The position numbers and the translations under genes were made by a program. 64,000 nucleotides of DNA, taken from NCBI GenBank assembly GCA_018266375.1, contig JAFEAO010000002.1, positions 189,582 through 253,581 of the forward strand, read 5' to 3'. This document shows, in pieces, positions 11,582-21,107 of this stretch (positions are counted from its first letter, which is position 1; the number at the start of each line of letters is the position of its first letter). The DNA comes from Bdellovibrionales bacterium. GTDB lineage: Bacteria; Bdellovibrionota; UBA1018; CAIMNF01. Below the pieces are notes generated by a model. It saw only the letters and a program-made list of their open reading frames with translations. It ran no database searches and was not told the origin of the DNA.

Positions 11582-14500
11582 CATTGTCGGATATCTCCAT
11601 CCGTCGGCCGGTCTTTGCGTGGATGTTGATGGTGGGGATGCTCGTGTTCGGGGCGATCGGATTCTCCCGCATGGGGATCAGCCAGTTGCCCGATGTCGAC
11701 TTTCCGGTAGTGAACGTGTCGGTCACTTGGACCGGCGCCAGCCCGGGGACGATTGAGACTGCCGTGACCGATGTTATCGAAGACGCCGTGATGAGCGTCG
11801 AGGGCGTTCAGAGCGTGTCCTCCCGCTGCCAAGAAGGGATCTCGAACACTTCGATCGAATTCGATTTGAACCGAAACATCGACGTTGCTCTTCAAGAGGT
11901 GCAAACCAAAGTTGCGCAAGCGCAGAAGCGGTTGCCCGATGACGTTGACCCGGCCGTCGTGACCAAGTCTAACCCCGAGGATCAGCCGATCATCTGGGCC
12001 GCGCTCTCGGGCGGTAAAGATCTGCGTGAAAAAATCTTGTTTGCGCGCGACCGCTTGAAAGATCAGCTGACGACGATCGCGGGCGTGGGCGACGTCCGTC
12101 TCGGCGGTTACGTCGATCCCAATATGCGCGTGTGGCTCTCGACCGATAAAATGCAGGCCCGCCAGATTTCGGTAGAAGACGTGAAGAACGCTTTGACCGC
12201 GGGAAGTACGATCGTGCCGACGGGTTATTTGGATAGCGGTGAGCAGGAAACAAACCTGCGCGTGATCTCGGAAGCGTCGACTCCAGAGGATTTCAGGAAA
12301 GTCGTGATCCCGACTCGGGGCGGAGCCCCGATTTGGTCGCAGATCCGCCTGGGCGATGTAGCGCGGATCGAAGACGGTTTGGCCGATATCCGTCGAATCT
12401 CGCGCATCAACGGCAAATCAGCCGTTGGTTTCGGGGTGATTAAACAGCGTGGTTCGAACGCGGTCGCGGTCGGCCGAGCGGTCAAAGAGCGCATCCGGTT
12501 TTTGAAGAGCGGCCTGAAAGACATGGACCTGACCCCGGTCAATGACAGTACCCGGTTCATCGAAGAATCCACGCACGAGCTTTTGTTTACGCTCGCGCTT
12601 TCGGCGATTTTGACTTCGATCGTTTGTTACCTCTTTTTGGGTACGGTCAGCGCCGCGTTTAACGTGGTTCTCGCGATCCCGGTTTCGTTGATCGGTTCGT
12701 TCATCGTTTTGTATTTCTGCGGATTTACGATCAACACCTTCACGCTCCTCGCGCTCTCGCTCTCGATCGGGATCGTCGTCGATGACGCGATCATGGTGCT
12801 TGAAAACATCGTCCGGCATTTCGAGCAGGGGATGGGCAAGGTCAAGGCCTCGCTAGTCGGCGCGCGCGAAATTACGGGCGCGGCAACAGCCTCCTCCATC
12901 GCGATCTTGGCGATTTTCTTACCGGTGATTTTCATGAAGGGGATCGTCGGGAAATTCTTTTTCCAATTCGGGGTCGCGATGTCAGTCGCGGTGATTTTTT
13001 CGTTGCTTGAGGCATTGACCCTCGCACCGATGCGCTGCTCGCAGTTCCTCTCGTCCGCCAAGGCGCATGGCAACAAGCTCACTCGTGCCGTCGACTCGTT
13101 CATGAACCGGTTGGTGACGTTCTATCGCAAGGTGCTGGAGCGCGCTCTTGAAAATCGCTGGAAAGTGATCGGAGCAGCCGTCGCGTGCTTTATACTGTCG
13201 CTTTTTTTGGTGACGTTTGTTCGCCAGGAGTTCGTTCCGGCCCAGGATCAGAGCCGGCTCATGTTGAACGTGTACACCAAGATGGGATCGTCGCTTGAGT
13301 TTACCGATAGCGTGTTCAAGAAAATCGAAGCCATCATCATGAAGCGCCCCGAAGTCGAGAATATCTACGTTGCGGTCGGCGGAACGCAGGGCGGTCTCGT
13401 CAACCAAGGGATCATCTTCGTCATGCTCAAACCCAAAGGCGATCGCGGGGTGAATCCTCCGTTTACCCGAGAACCGAATCAGCAAGACTTCATGGGTTTC
13501 TTGCGTAAGGAGCTCTCGGTCGTGAAGGAAGCGCAAAAAATCGCGATCAGCGATCCGTCGCAAGGCGGCTTTGCGGGTCGAGGGAAGTCTTACCCGATTC
13601 AGTTCCAAGTGCAAGGTCCGGATTGGTCCGTCCTTTCGGAAAAATCGATCCAGATCATGGAGAAGATGAAGGAATCGGGGTTTGCCACCGACGTCGACTC
13701 CGATTACAACCCGGACATGCCGGAAACCCAGATCCTTCCGGATCGCGCAAAAGCCGAAGCTCGCGGCGTAACGATTTCAAACATCGCAAACACGATCAGC
13801 GCGATGGTCGGCAGCTTGCAAGTCGGCAAGTACACCGATGAGTCGGGCCACCGCAACGACGTGCGCGTGAAGCTCGAGGACCGGCTCAACAAGTACGCCA
13901 AAGACGTGACTCGGATTTGGATTCGAAATAGCCACGGCGAGATGCTGCCGCTCTCGGACGTCGTGTCGGTTAAAGAAGGTTCGTCGCTCTTGACGATTAG
14001 CCGTTACAACCGCGAGCGCTCGATCACGATTACAGGTAACTTGGTCAAGGGCAAGAGCCAGGCGGCCGCGACCGAAACCATTCAAAAGATCGCGAGTGAA
14101 ACCCTGTCGGACGGCTATCACATCGTACTGACCGGGAACTCGCAGGCATTCCAAGAATCTTTCCAAAGCTTGATCGTGGCGTTGATTCTCGGCATTTTAG
14201 TCGCTTACATGGTACTGGCCTCTCAGTTCAATAGCTTCGTCCACCCGGCTACCGTGTTACTTGCGCTGCCGTTCAGCGTGATCGGCGCCTTCGCGGCGTT
14301 GCTGGTGTTCGATATCTCTTTGAACATCTATTCGATGATCGGGATTTTGCTCCTGATGGGGATCGTCAAGAAGAACTCGATCTTGCTCGTGGAATTTACC
14401 AATCACCATCGGCATGAGGGAGCCGGCGTGAAGGAGTCGCTACTCGAAGCCTGTCCGATGCGTTTGCGCCCGATCCTGATGACGTCGATTGCAACCGTGA

Positions 14501-14706
14501 CCGCGGCGATCCCTGCCGCACTTGCGATCGGTCCCGGAGCCGAGACCACTCGTGCCATGGCGGCGGTCGTGATCGGCGGCGTGATCACCTCGACGCTTTT
14601 GACTTTGGTCGTGGTTCCATGTGCGTATAGCTTGTTCTCGGCCCTTGAGCGTCCTCAGCACGGGCAAGAGCTCAAACAAGCGCTGACGGAACTCGGCGAA
14701 CGATGA
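11578..14706 (+). CDS. RND inner-membrane efflux transporter (AcrB/HAE family)
   Basis: 1042 aa with an AcrB-type N-terminus (ISIRRPVFAWMLMVGMLVFG) and a 12-TM layout with two large periplasmic loops. Confidence 0.95.
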   Translation: MTLSDISIRRPVFAWMLMVGMLVFGAIGFSRMGISQLPDVDFPVVNVSVTWTGASPGTIETAVTDVIEDAVMSVEGVQSVSSRCQEGISNTSIEFDLNRNIDVALQEVQTKVAQAQKRLPDDVDPAVVTKSNPEDQPIIWAALSGGKDLREKILFARDRLKDQLTTIAGVGDVRLGGYVDPNMRVWLSTDKMQARQISVEDVKNALTAGSTIVPTGYLDSGEQETNLRVISEASTPEDFRKVVIPTRGGAPIWSQIRLGDVARIEDGLADIRRISRINGKSAVGFGVIKQRGSNAVAVGRAVKERIRFLKSGLKDMDLTPVNDSTRFIEESTHELLFTLALSAILTSIVCYLFLGTVSAAFNVVLAIPVSLIGSFIVLYFCGFTINTFTLLALSLSIGIVVDDAIMVLENIVRHFEQGMGKVKASLVGAREITGAATASSIAILAIFLPVIFMKGIVGKFFFQFGVAMSVAVIFSLLEALTLAPMRCSQFLSSAKAHGNKLTRAVDSFMNRLVTFYRKVLERALENRWKVIGAAVACFILSLFLVTFVRQEFVPAQDQSRLMLNVYTKMGSSLEFTDSVFKKIEAIIMKRPEVENIYVAVGGTQGGLVNQGIIFVMLKPKGDRGVNPPFTREPNQQDFMGFLRKELSVVKEAQKIAISDPSQGGFAGRGKSYPIQFQVQGPDWSVLSEKSIQIMEKMKESGFATDVDSDYNPDMPETQILPDRAKAEARGVTISNIANTISAMVGSLQVGKYTDESGHRNDVRVKLEDRLNKYAKDVTRIWIRNSHGEMLPLSDVVSVKEGSSLLTISRYNRERSITITGNLVKGKSQAAATETIQKIASETLSDGYHIVLTGNSQAFQESFQSLIVALILGILVAYMVLASQFNSFVHPATVLLALPFSVIGAFAALLVFDISLNIYSMIGILLLMGIVKKNSILLVEFTNHHRHEGAGVKESLLEACPMRLRPILMTSIATVTAAIPAALAIGPGAETTRAMAAVVIGGVITSTLLTLVVVPCAYSLFSALERPQHGQELKQALTELGER

Positions 14707-14855
14707 GTGGGAGCGTTTTTACACCACTTTCCACAGGCTCATGTGACGGGATTTTGACGGACGGGATAAGTCCCGAATCACACAGACGTTTGGCCAATAT
14801 AAATACACTTTGTGTAATGGCACCCTCTTTGCGAAACTAGTAGGTGAGGTATCGT

Positions 14856-15461
14856 ATGATGTGCCAAGGATGGCGGCTCGGTTCCCTTGTTGTATACTCT
14901 TGTTTAACCCTCTTACTCAGTGCTTGCGGTAAAGGTCATTCGGGTTGGGATTCGTTCCCGATCCCGATTTACGTGGATGCATCCATGATGAATAACGCCG
15001 CGACTCGCGCGGATCTCGAAGACGGAATGAGCTTTTGGGAGCAACGTACGGGTAAAAAGTTGTTTGACGTCAGAGGCGCTTGGAATGGCGCGAATCAACC
15101 GTTTTCGGGCGATGTGAGTAATCCCGATTCCATTTTTGAGAACATTGTTTACATGCCGCCAAGCTGGCCGTTTGCTCCAGGCTATGTCGGCATGACCGTA
15201 TTGAAACCGTTTGACTCTGGTCAGATGGCGATGGTGATGATCAATCCGAACACCGCTTTTTGTAACGGTGATTGTGCCTTTGACTACAACCGCACGAGCT
15301 TGCGCAAGACTTTCGCGCACGAGTTCGGCCACTTCTTGGGATTGCAGCACGTGGCGGACCCGAGCAACATCATGTACGCGACTTCGCGTCCGGGCGGCAC
15401 GCTCAATACCTTGAACGTGGATGATCACGCGCTCCAGTCCGTAACGTCCGGCGCGCACTGA
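14856..15461 (+). CDS. Metzincin-type zinc metalloprotease lipoprotein
   Basis: HEFGHFLGLQH (HExxHxxGxxH) followed by a Met-turn candidate IMY. Lipobox LSAC. RBS aggtgagg before ATG 14856. Confidence 0.8.
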   Translation: MMCQGWRLGSLVVYSCLTLLLSACGKGHSGWDSFPIPIYVDASMMNNAATRADLEDGMSFWEQRTGKKLFDVRGAWNGANQPFSGDVSNPDSIFENIVYMPPSWPFAPGYVGMTVLKPFDSGQMAMVMINPNTAFCNGDCAFDYNRTSLRKTFAHEFGHFLGLQHVADPSNIMYATSRPGGTLNTLNVDDHALQSVTSGAH

Positions 15462-16758
15462 TCCAGTAAATGATCGCGGCGATCGTCCCGAGCAAAATCA
15501 CCGGCTCCAGCGGCCGATGCACTCCGAGCCAGTGCGCGCGATCGCGCCAGTAAACCCAGAGTGGGAACTCGATGAGGTTTGCGCAGTACATGCTTGAGCC
15601 CGATGCGCCTACCAAGTTTACCCCGAATGACCAGATGAGCGCCGCAAACATCACGAGCTTTTGCGCCGCTGATTCAAACCACGCCGAGACGCCGATCATC
15701 GCAAACGGAATCAAAGGAATCAGATAGCGCGGCCCGTACTGGCAGTGGCCTTCGGCTTCGATGCTGAACAGATAAAACAAATGAATCGCAACCAGAACTA
15801 AAATTATCGCCTGCATCCGGCGAAGCTTCGGCTTTAGAAAAAACAATCCCGCTAGGCCCAGGACAAAAATTGGCATGCATTTCATCGCCGTTATGTAAGA
15901 GTTGAATCCGAAGTAAAGATTGAGCTGTGTCCAAAAAAGATCGAGGCTGGGCTTGAAAAAAGTGTCGTTGTAATTGCCGGCCTGATTTGCCTGCCGAAAC
16001 GGACTCCCAAAGTAGTGTGCGTTGTAACATGCGAGCGGGAGGTAGCCGAGCAAGAAACCGAACCCAACGACGACGGTTTTACGAAACTTTAAATGGTAGA
16101 GCGAAAACAAACAAAGCGCCGCCACCAGGAGTGCCGGTAACATCGACGTAAAAATCGTAAATCCGAGCAAGAATCCGATAAAGGCCACGCGCCGGTTTGA
16201 GCTCATGGGCGAGGATAGAAACATGAGCATGAATGCAAGTAGCACAAACGTCGTCGCGATCACGTCATGATGGGGGACGCCCGTGTACGGAAAAATCGTG
16301 CTCGCGAACCCATAGGCAAAAGCGCAGGTCGCGGCCACCTTGCGGGCGTAACCCATGGTCAGTAAAAAATGGAAGAGCAGCACCACGGAGAGTGCCGCCA
16401 AAAATCCGCAGGTCCACCACGTCGTCATCGCCGAAACCAGTCGGTAATCGTCCGAGTAGTTATAGCCAAACAAATGAAAAATCGCGTAGGGGACCGAAGC
16501 CATCACAAACGAACCCGGTTGCTTGGCCGGAAGCCACATATCGCGGGCGTTGAAGACATCACCGAATTCGCGAAGATCGGGTGCACGACTGTTACCGATC
16601 GCGAAAGTATGGCGCTCGACAATGGATTCCGCGACGCCTTGGTAGAGCGAGTAGGTATGAAGGTCGTCGGCCTCGGTCATGAGCCCATAAGCGAACCAGA
16701 CCGCTAGAAACGCCAGAACCGAACGGTAATGTTCAATGAAGAAGCGACGTGAAACCAT
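15403..16758 (-). CDS. Polytopic membrane protein, GT-C fold glycosyltransferase-like (ArnT/PMT_2-like)
   Basis: More than 10 hydrophobic helices, with an acidic first-loop motif TEADDLH. The family call is by general resemblance only. The 3' end overlaps the convergent protease gene by 59 nt. Confidence 0.55.
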   Translation of the reverse strand: MVSRRFFIEHYRSVLAFLAVWFAYGLMTEADDLHTYSLYQGVAESIVERHTFAIGNSRAPDLREFGDVFNARDMWLPAKQPGSFVMASVPYAIFHLFGYNYSDDYRLVSAMTTWWTCGFLAALSVVLLFHFLLTMGYARKVAATCAFAYGFASTIFPYTGVPHHDVIATTFVLLAFMLMFLSSPMSSNRRVAFIGFLLGFTIFTSMLPALLVAALCLFSLYHLKFRKTVVVGFGFLLGYLPLACYNAHYFGSPFRQANQAGNYNDTFFKPSLDLFWTQLNLYFGFNSYITAMKCMPIFVLGLAGLFFLKPKLRRMQAIILVLVAIHLFYLFSIEAEGHCQYGPRYLIPLIPFAMIGVSAWFESAAQKLVMFAALIWSFGVNLVGASGSSMYCANLIEFPLWVYWRDRAHWLGVHRPLEPVILLGTIAAIIYWISARRTLRTGARDHPRSRY

Positions 16759-16907
16759 TTATATAGAGTGTACCGCTCCAGGGTTGTACTGCACAGGCTT
16801 AATCTGCAATATAAGGGACGTAATGTTTTGACTGCCTACTGGGATCGCTTGCGATCGAGCCGAGCATTTGCTTGTGGCGATCGCGGGGGCGATGCTAGTA
16901 TGCCCCC

Positions 16908-17969
16908 ATGAACTCCCGTTTTTATTTTGCCTGTTGCCAGTTCGGCGCCGAGAAAGTCGTGAAGGCTGAAGTGCTCGAACGGTACCCTCATTTGCGATTT
17001 GCGTTTTCACGTCCGGGGTTCATCACTTTTAAGGAAGAAGATGCCGATAAGTGTCCGTTGATCAAAAAGTTCGATGGCATTTTTGTTCGTCTTTGGGGCG
17101 AATCACTCGCGCAGGCCAAGGCTCCGGAAGCTCTGGCGGGGCTGTTGGACAAAATCCCATCCGGCGCCGTCGTGCACGCGTTCGAGCGCGATACCTTCAT
17201 CCCCGGTGATGACCCGCTTGGGTTTGTCGTGAACGCACGGATCCCGCGAGTCGAATTGCCCGTCGGTGCGCGCTTAAATGCAGCACCAAAACCGGGCGAG
17301 AGGGTTTACGATTTGATCTGGCTTGACGATAAGACTCCGGAAGGTAAAACCGAAATGGAAACGCATATCTTTTTGGGCTCGCACGAGCATCACGCCGGTC
17401 TCGATCCGGCTCCCGGAAACAAGCCGTCGATTGAATTGCCGAAGACTGCGCCGTCGCGCGCGTATTTGAAGCTCGCCGAGGCCGTAAAGCGGTTTCAAAT
17501 CCCGGTCAAAGCGGGGCAGGGCGCGCTCGAAGTCGGCGCGTCGCCGGGTGGGGCGACCCACTATATGCTTGAGCAAGGCATGGGCGTGCTCGGCGTGGAT
17601 CCGAAGACCATGGCGCCCGCGGTTCGTGAGCATCCCAAGTTCCGCTACGTACAGAAGCCGGGAAAGGCGACGACTGCCGAGGATCTTTCGCAGTTCAATC
17701 CGGATTGGCTCGTCGTGGATATGAACATTGCGCCGCTCGAAGCCATCGACGAGATCGGTCACGTGGTGCGACTCCTCCGCAAAAACTACGGAAAGAACCT
17801 GGCGCTCAAACGCGCGTTCATCACGCTCAAACTCAACGACTGGAAATTTACCGAGACGATCCCCCTTTATCTCAAGCGGTTACAGGAGCTTGGATTTCGC
17901 GAGTTAAAGCCGATGCAACTCGCATCCAATCGCCAGGAAATTTTTGTGATGGCCCGGTCATTCTCCTAG
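16908..17969 (+). CDS. rlmM: SAM-dependent rRNA 2'-O-ribose methyltransferase, RlmM (YgdE)-like
   Basis: N-terminal THUMP-like start FYFACCQFGAEK. Motifs PSRAYLKLAEA, GASPGGATHYM and LVVDMNIAP are colinear with E. coli RlmM. Confidence 0.78.
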   Translation: MNSRFYFACCQFGAEKVVKAEVLERYPHLRFAFSRPGFITFKEEDADKCPLIKKFDGIFVRLWGESLAQAKAPEALAGLLDKIPSGAVVHAFERDTFIPGDDPLGFVVNARIPRVELPVGARLNAAPKPGERVYDLIWLDDKTPEGKTEMETHIFLGSHEHHAGLDPAPGNKPSIELPKTAPSRAYLKLAEAVKRFQIPVKAGQGALEVGASPGGATHYMLEQGMGVLGVDPKTMAPAVREHPKFRYVQKPGKATTAEDLSQFNPDWLVVDMNIAPLEAIDEIGHVVRLLRKNYGKNLALKRAFITLKLNDWKFTETIPLYLKRLQELGFRELKPMQLASNRQEIFVMARSFS

Positions 17970-18045
17970 GTCCGTTCTCCAGTCAGCTTGGTTGGTCAAT
18001 TTGTTGTCGATGGTTTTTGTCCGCTACTCTGAGTACAATCATCTC

Positions 18046-18783
18046 ATGCGCATCGCGGTCATTTCGGACCTTCATGGCAATTCGGTCGCTCTCGATCACG
18101 TTCTCAAGGAAATCGAGGGCTCGAACGTCGATCAAGTGGTTTGCTTGGGCGACGTCGCGACCCTCGGGCCTCAACCTTTGAAGACGACGCATCGTTTACA
18201 GGAGGCCGGTTGCCCGTGCCTGCTCGGCAACCACGATGAGTTCATGATCGATCCGGCCAGGGTGCGCGAGTATAGTAAGGTTCCAGTCGTGGTCAAGTCA
18301 GTCGAATGGTGTCACTCCCTGATGACTCCCAAAGAAATCGCGTTCTTTAAAAGCTTCAAAACCGAGCACGACATGATCACCGGTTCCAAGCGCCTCCGGT
18401 TTTTTCACGGTTCGCCGACGTCAAACTCGGAAGACGTGATCGCGAGCATGAGTCCGGCCAAGCTCGAGCAGCTCATCGGTAAAACCGAAGGCGACGTGCT
18501 GGTGTTCGGTCACACGCATTTGCAGATGCTGGTGCAGCATCACGGCCGTCACATCTTCAATCCGGGAAGTCTCGGCTCGCCGTTTAAGGATTTGTTTTTC
18601 TGTGAAGCGCCGACGATCTTCAGCCACGCGGAATACGCGATCATCGATGTGAAAGGCCAACAGGTCGATATTTTACTTCGTCGCACTCAGCCCGACATGC
18701 AGAAGCTGAAAAAATCGGTGCGCGACTCTGAATACCCTCTCAAAGAATTCCTCCTTCAACAGTACGAATCGGCGGCGGGATGA
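18046..18783 (+). CDS. Metallophosphoesterase (YfcE/MJ0936-like)
   Basis: Motifs MRIAVISDLHGN, GDVATLGP, GNHD and GHTH. Confidence 0.87.
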   Translation: MRIAVISDLHGNSVALDHVLKEIEGSNVDQVVCLGDVATLGPQPLKTTHRLQEAGCPCLLGNHDEFMIDPARVREYSKVPVVVKSVEWCHSLMTPKEIAFFKSFKTEHDMITGSKRLRFFHGSPTSNSEDVIASMSPAKLEQLIGKTEGDVLVFGHTHLQMLVQHHGRHIFNPGSLGSPFKDLFFCEAPTIFSHAEYAIIDVKGQQVDILLRRTQPDMQKLKKSVRDSEYPLKEFLLQQYESAAG

Positions 18784-19172
18784 AAATCCCCGAGCACGAG
18801 CTCGAGTTTACTTACGCTCGAAGTTCGGGTCCCGGCGGGCAGAATGTCAACAAAGTCAACAGTAAAGCGATTCTTCGTTGGAACGTGATGACGACCCGCT
18901 CTCTGCGGGACGATGTCAAAGCCCGCTTTATCGAGCGATTCGGGGCACGTTTGAACGACTTCGGGGAGATCGTGATTCAAAGCGATCGCCATCGGGATCA
19001 GCCGCAGAACCGCGACGATTGCATCGAGAAGCTCCAGGAAATGATCGCGCTGGTGCTCCATCCGCCGAAGAAACGGAAGAAAAGTAAACCAACTCGATCG
19101 AGTCAGAAGCGTAGGCGCGAATCTAAACGATTACATTCCGAAAAAAAGGCCTCGCGTCGGAGAAACTTTTAG
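18780..19172 (+). CDS. arfB: Peptidyl-tRNA hydrolase ArfB (alternative ribosome rescue factor, YaeJ)
   Basis: 130 aa with a GGQ motif (SGPGGQNVNKV) and a basic C-terminal tail. ATGA overlap with the upstream gene. Confidence 0.88.
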   Translation: MKIPEHELEFTYARSSGPGGQNVNKVNSKAILRWNVMTTRSLRDDVKARFIERFGARLNDFGEIVIQSDRHRDQPQNRDDCIEKLQEMIALVLHPPKKRKKSKPTRSSQKRRRESKRLHSEKKASRRRNF

Positions 19173-19212
19173 CCGGGATTGTGGAGCGGATTTGTGCTAA
19201 GATCCAGTGCCG

Positions 19213-19734
19213 ATGACCGTCCAAGAATGTATCAATTGCCGGAAACCGAAAGTCACGCGCACCTGCGAGGCCTGCGATGAGCCCGTCTGCAAGAATTGTT
19301 TGCAGGTGCTCGACGTCGCGACTTTCGCCTTTTTGAAGAATATCCCGGATGAGTTGAAGTTCACCAACTACTGCAGTGGCTGTTACGATGTTACGGTCGC
19401 GCCGAAGCTTGATGAGTACGGTGAGATTTTGGATCGCGCGAAGCAGGCTTTTGTATTTTTTAAAACTCAGCGCAAGGAAATTCCGCTAATCCGAAAATCT
19501 CGCGAAATCTACCGTGTGCCTGAGTGTCACGATCGCGATGAGACGATTTTGCGTCTCGCTTTCTTAGCGGCTCAAGACGGATACAATGCCGTCATCGATA
19601 CCGAAGCGCTTTCGGTAAAGGTTCGCCACCACGCTTATCAGACCTCAAAGTGGAGCGGATCCGGCGTCGGCGCGATGGTCGACGGCTCGAAGATCGAACG
19701 TCAGGATTTGCTCGAACAAGTCTACGGACGATAG
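19213..19734 (+). CDS. Cys-rich zinc-ribbon protein with a YbjQ-like C-terminal domain
   Basis: CINC-x8-CEAC-x3-C-x2-C then CSGC. The C-terminal segment LRLAFLAAQDGYNAVIDTE...GSGVGAMV resembles the YbjQ/UPF0145 fold by eye. Confidence 0.6.
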   Translation: MTVQECINCRKPKVTRTCEACDEPVCKNCLQVLDVATFAFLKNIPDELKFTNYCSGCYDVTVAPKLDEYGEILDRAKQAFVFFKTQRKEIPLIRKSREIYRVPECHDRDETILRLAFLAAQDGYNAVIDTEALSVKVRHHAYQTSKWSGSGVGAMVDGSKIERQDLLEQVYGR

Positions 19735-19764
19735 GTTCCGCTTCGCGGTCAACTCAGATTGAGC

Positions 19765-20331
19765 CTACTCAAGCCTCTGGTCGCGCAAGTCTTCCTGCAC
19801 TTCTTGGATCTCGTGTTGAAGCGGCTTGAATCGCATCAGGAGTTTCGGGCTGTGCGAGGCAAGCCAACAATAGAGCCCATACTTGAACAAACGGCCGATG
19901 AGCATGGCGACGGCGACTTGCGTGAGTGGAAGCCGCGCGAGTGCCGCCAAAGCTAAAATCGGATGACAGATAATGGGGAGTGCCGAGGTGAGTAGCACCG
20001 CGCCGATTCCGTAACTTTGAATCCAGCCTTCGGCCCGGTGCCACGCCGAGCTTTGCGGCAGATCGGGCCCCATCCACTGAAGGGCCGGCATGCCGTAATG
20101 CGAGACCGCCGTAAAAAGCAGTACCGCCCCGAGGGTCGAGCCGACCGACGACCAGAAGGTCAGCGCGATTCCGCGCTTGGGTTCGCTGATCGCGGAGGTC
20201 ACGACCAGTCCATCCGTCGGCACGATGAGGACAAACATGTCGGCGAGCGCGAGTAAACTCAGGAGGATGGGGTACCAAGGCTTTCGCACGTAATGTCCGG
20301 TGCGGTGGATGATGCGATGGAGCCACTTCAT
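19765..20331 (-). CDS. YqaA/DedA-type (VTT domain) membrane protein
   Basis: 4-5 TM helices, resembling E. coli YqaA (..YGIGAVLLTSALPI..). ATGA overlap with the upstream EEP gene. Confidence 0.68.
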   Translation of the reverse strand: MKWLHRIIHRTGHYVRKPWYPILLSLLALADMFVLIVPTDGLVVTSAISEPKRGIALTFWSSVGSTLGAVLLFTAVSHYGMPALQWMGPDLPQSSAWHRAEGWIQSYGIGAVLLTSALPIICHPILALAALARLPLTQVAVAMLIGRLFKYGLYCWLASHSPKLLMRFKPLQHEIQEVQEDLRDQRLE

Positions 20332-21107
20332 TTGCGGCTCTCAGCGCCGGCCTCGAATTCGGCAACGAGAGGGAGGTGATCGCTCAAGGTGTTCCAGGTG
20401 TTGCCTTCAAGCGGGTCCGCGCGAACGCAATGAAGATTGCGATAATAGATCCGGTCGAGCGCCAATAACGGAAAATTACTCGGGTAGGTGTAAGCATGCT
20501 TCCCCGAAGTATGCATGAAGGCTTCGTCCATGCGGAGGTCCTTTTTGATGTGGGAGCTTGCATCCTGGCGCCAGTCATTGAAATCACCAGCGATGATGAC
20601 GGGCGCTTCATTGGGGATCATCTTCGATATCCGTTCGGCAAGCTTGACGATTTGCTTCGTGCGGTCCCGCTGAAATAACCCGAGGTGCACGCTGAACGCA
20701 TGCAGCGGATGATTCGATTTCGGAAAATCGATCGTGACGTGGAGGAGCCCGCGTCGTTCGACCTTGTTGGACGAGACATCCTGGTTTTCGGTAAAGAGGA
20801 TCGGATACTTGCTGAGTACGGCGTTGCCGTGGTCGCCCTCGGTGTAAACTGAGTTTTTGCCATACGAGAAATGCGGCCACACTTTATCGGCAAGAAACTC
20901 AAACTGCGAACTCTTAGGCCAGTCTTTAATTTCTTTGGCGTTTTTGCTGTGACTGCCGACGACTTCTTGCAAACACACCAGATCGGCTTGAGTCTGTTCG
21001 ATTGATTTTTTGATTTGCTCGAGAACGAATTTGCGGTTGAAGGCGGTAAAGCCCTTGTGGATGTTGTAGGTCAGAATTCGCAAGCGCGATTTGGAGGAGA
21101 GGCTCAT
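20328..21107 (-). CDS. Endonuclease/exonuclease/phosphatase (EEP) family protein, YbhP-like
   Basis: Motifs LRILTYNIHKG, DLVCLQEV, IIAGDFN and LSDHLPL. The start ATG shares 1 nt with the cls stop (TGATG). Confidence 0.85.
   Translation of the reverse strand: MSLSSKSRLRILTYNIHKGFTAFNRKFVLEQIKKSIEQTQADLVCLQEVVGSHSKNAKEIKDWPKSSQFEFLADKVWPHFSYGKNSVYTEGDHGNAVLSKYPILFTENQDVSSNKVERRGLLHVTIDFPKSNHPLHAFSVHLGLFQRDRTKQIVKLAERISKMIPNEAPVIIAGDFNDWRQDASSHIKKDLRMDEAFMHTSGKHAYTYPSNFPLLALDRIYYRNLHCVRADPLEGNTWNTLSDHLPLVAEFEAGAESRK

Noticed and set aside
14856-16758. 59-nt convergent overlap of the metzincin and GT-C-like genes (15403-15461)
   Set aside because: The overlap probably reflects non-conserved C-terminal tails running to the first available stop. 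There is no sign of a functional antisense arrangement.
19769-20365. 198-aa ORF in an alternative frame of the YqaA-like gene
   Set aside because: Its Arg/Ala/Pro-rich composition has no hydrophobic pattern. The 188-aa frame gives a coherent membrane protein and an ATGA coupling to the upstream gene.
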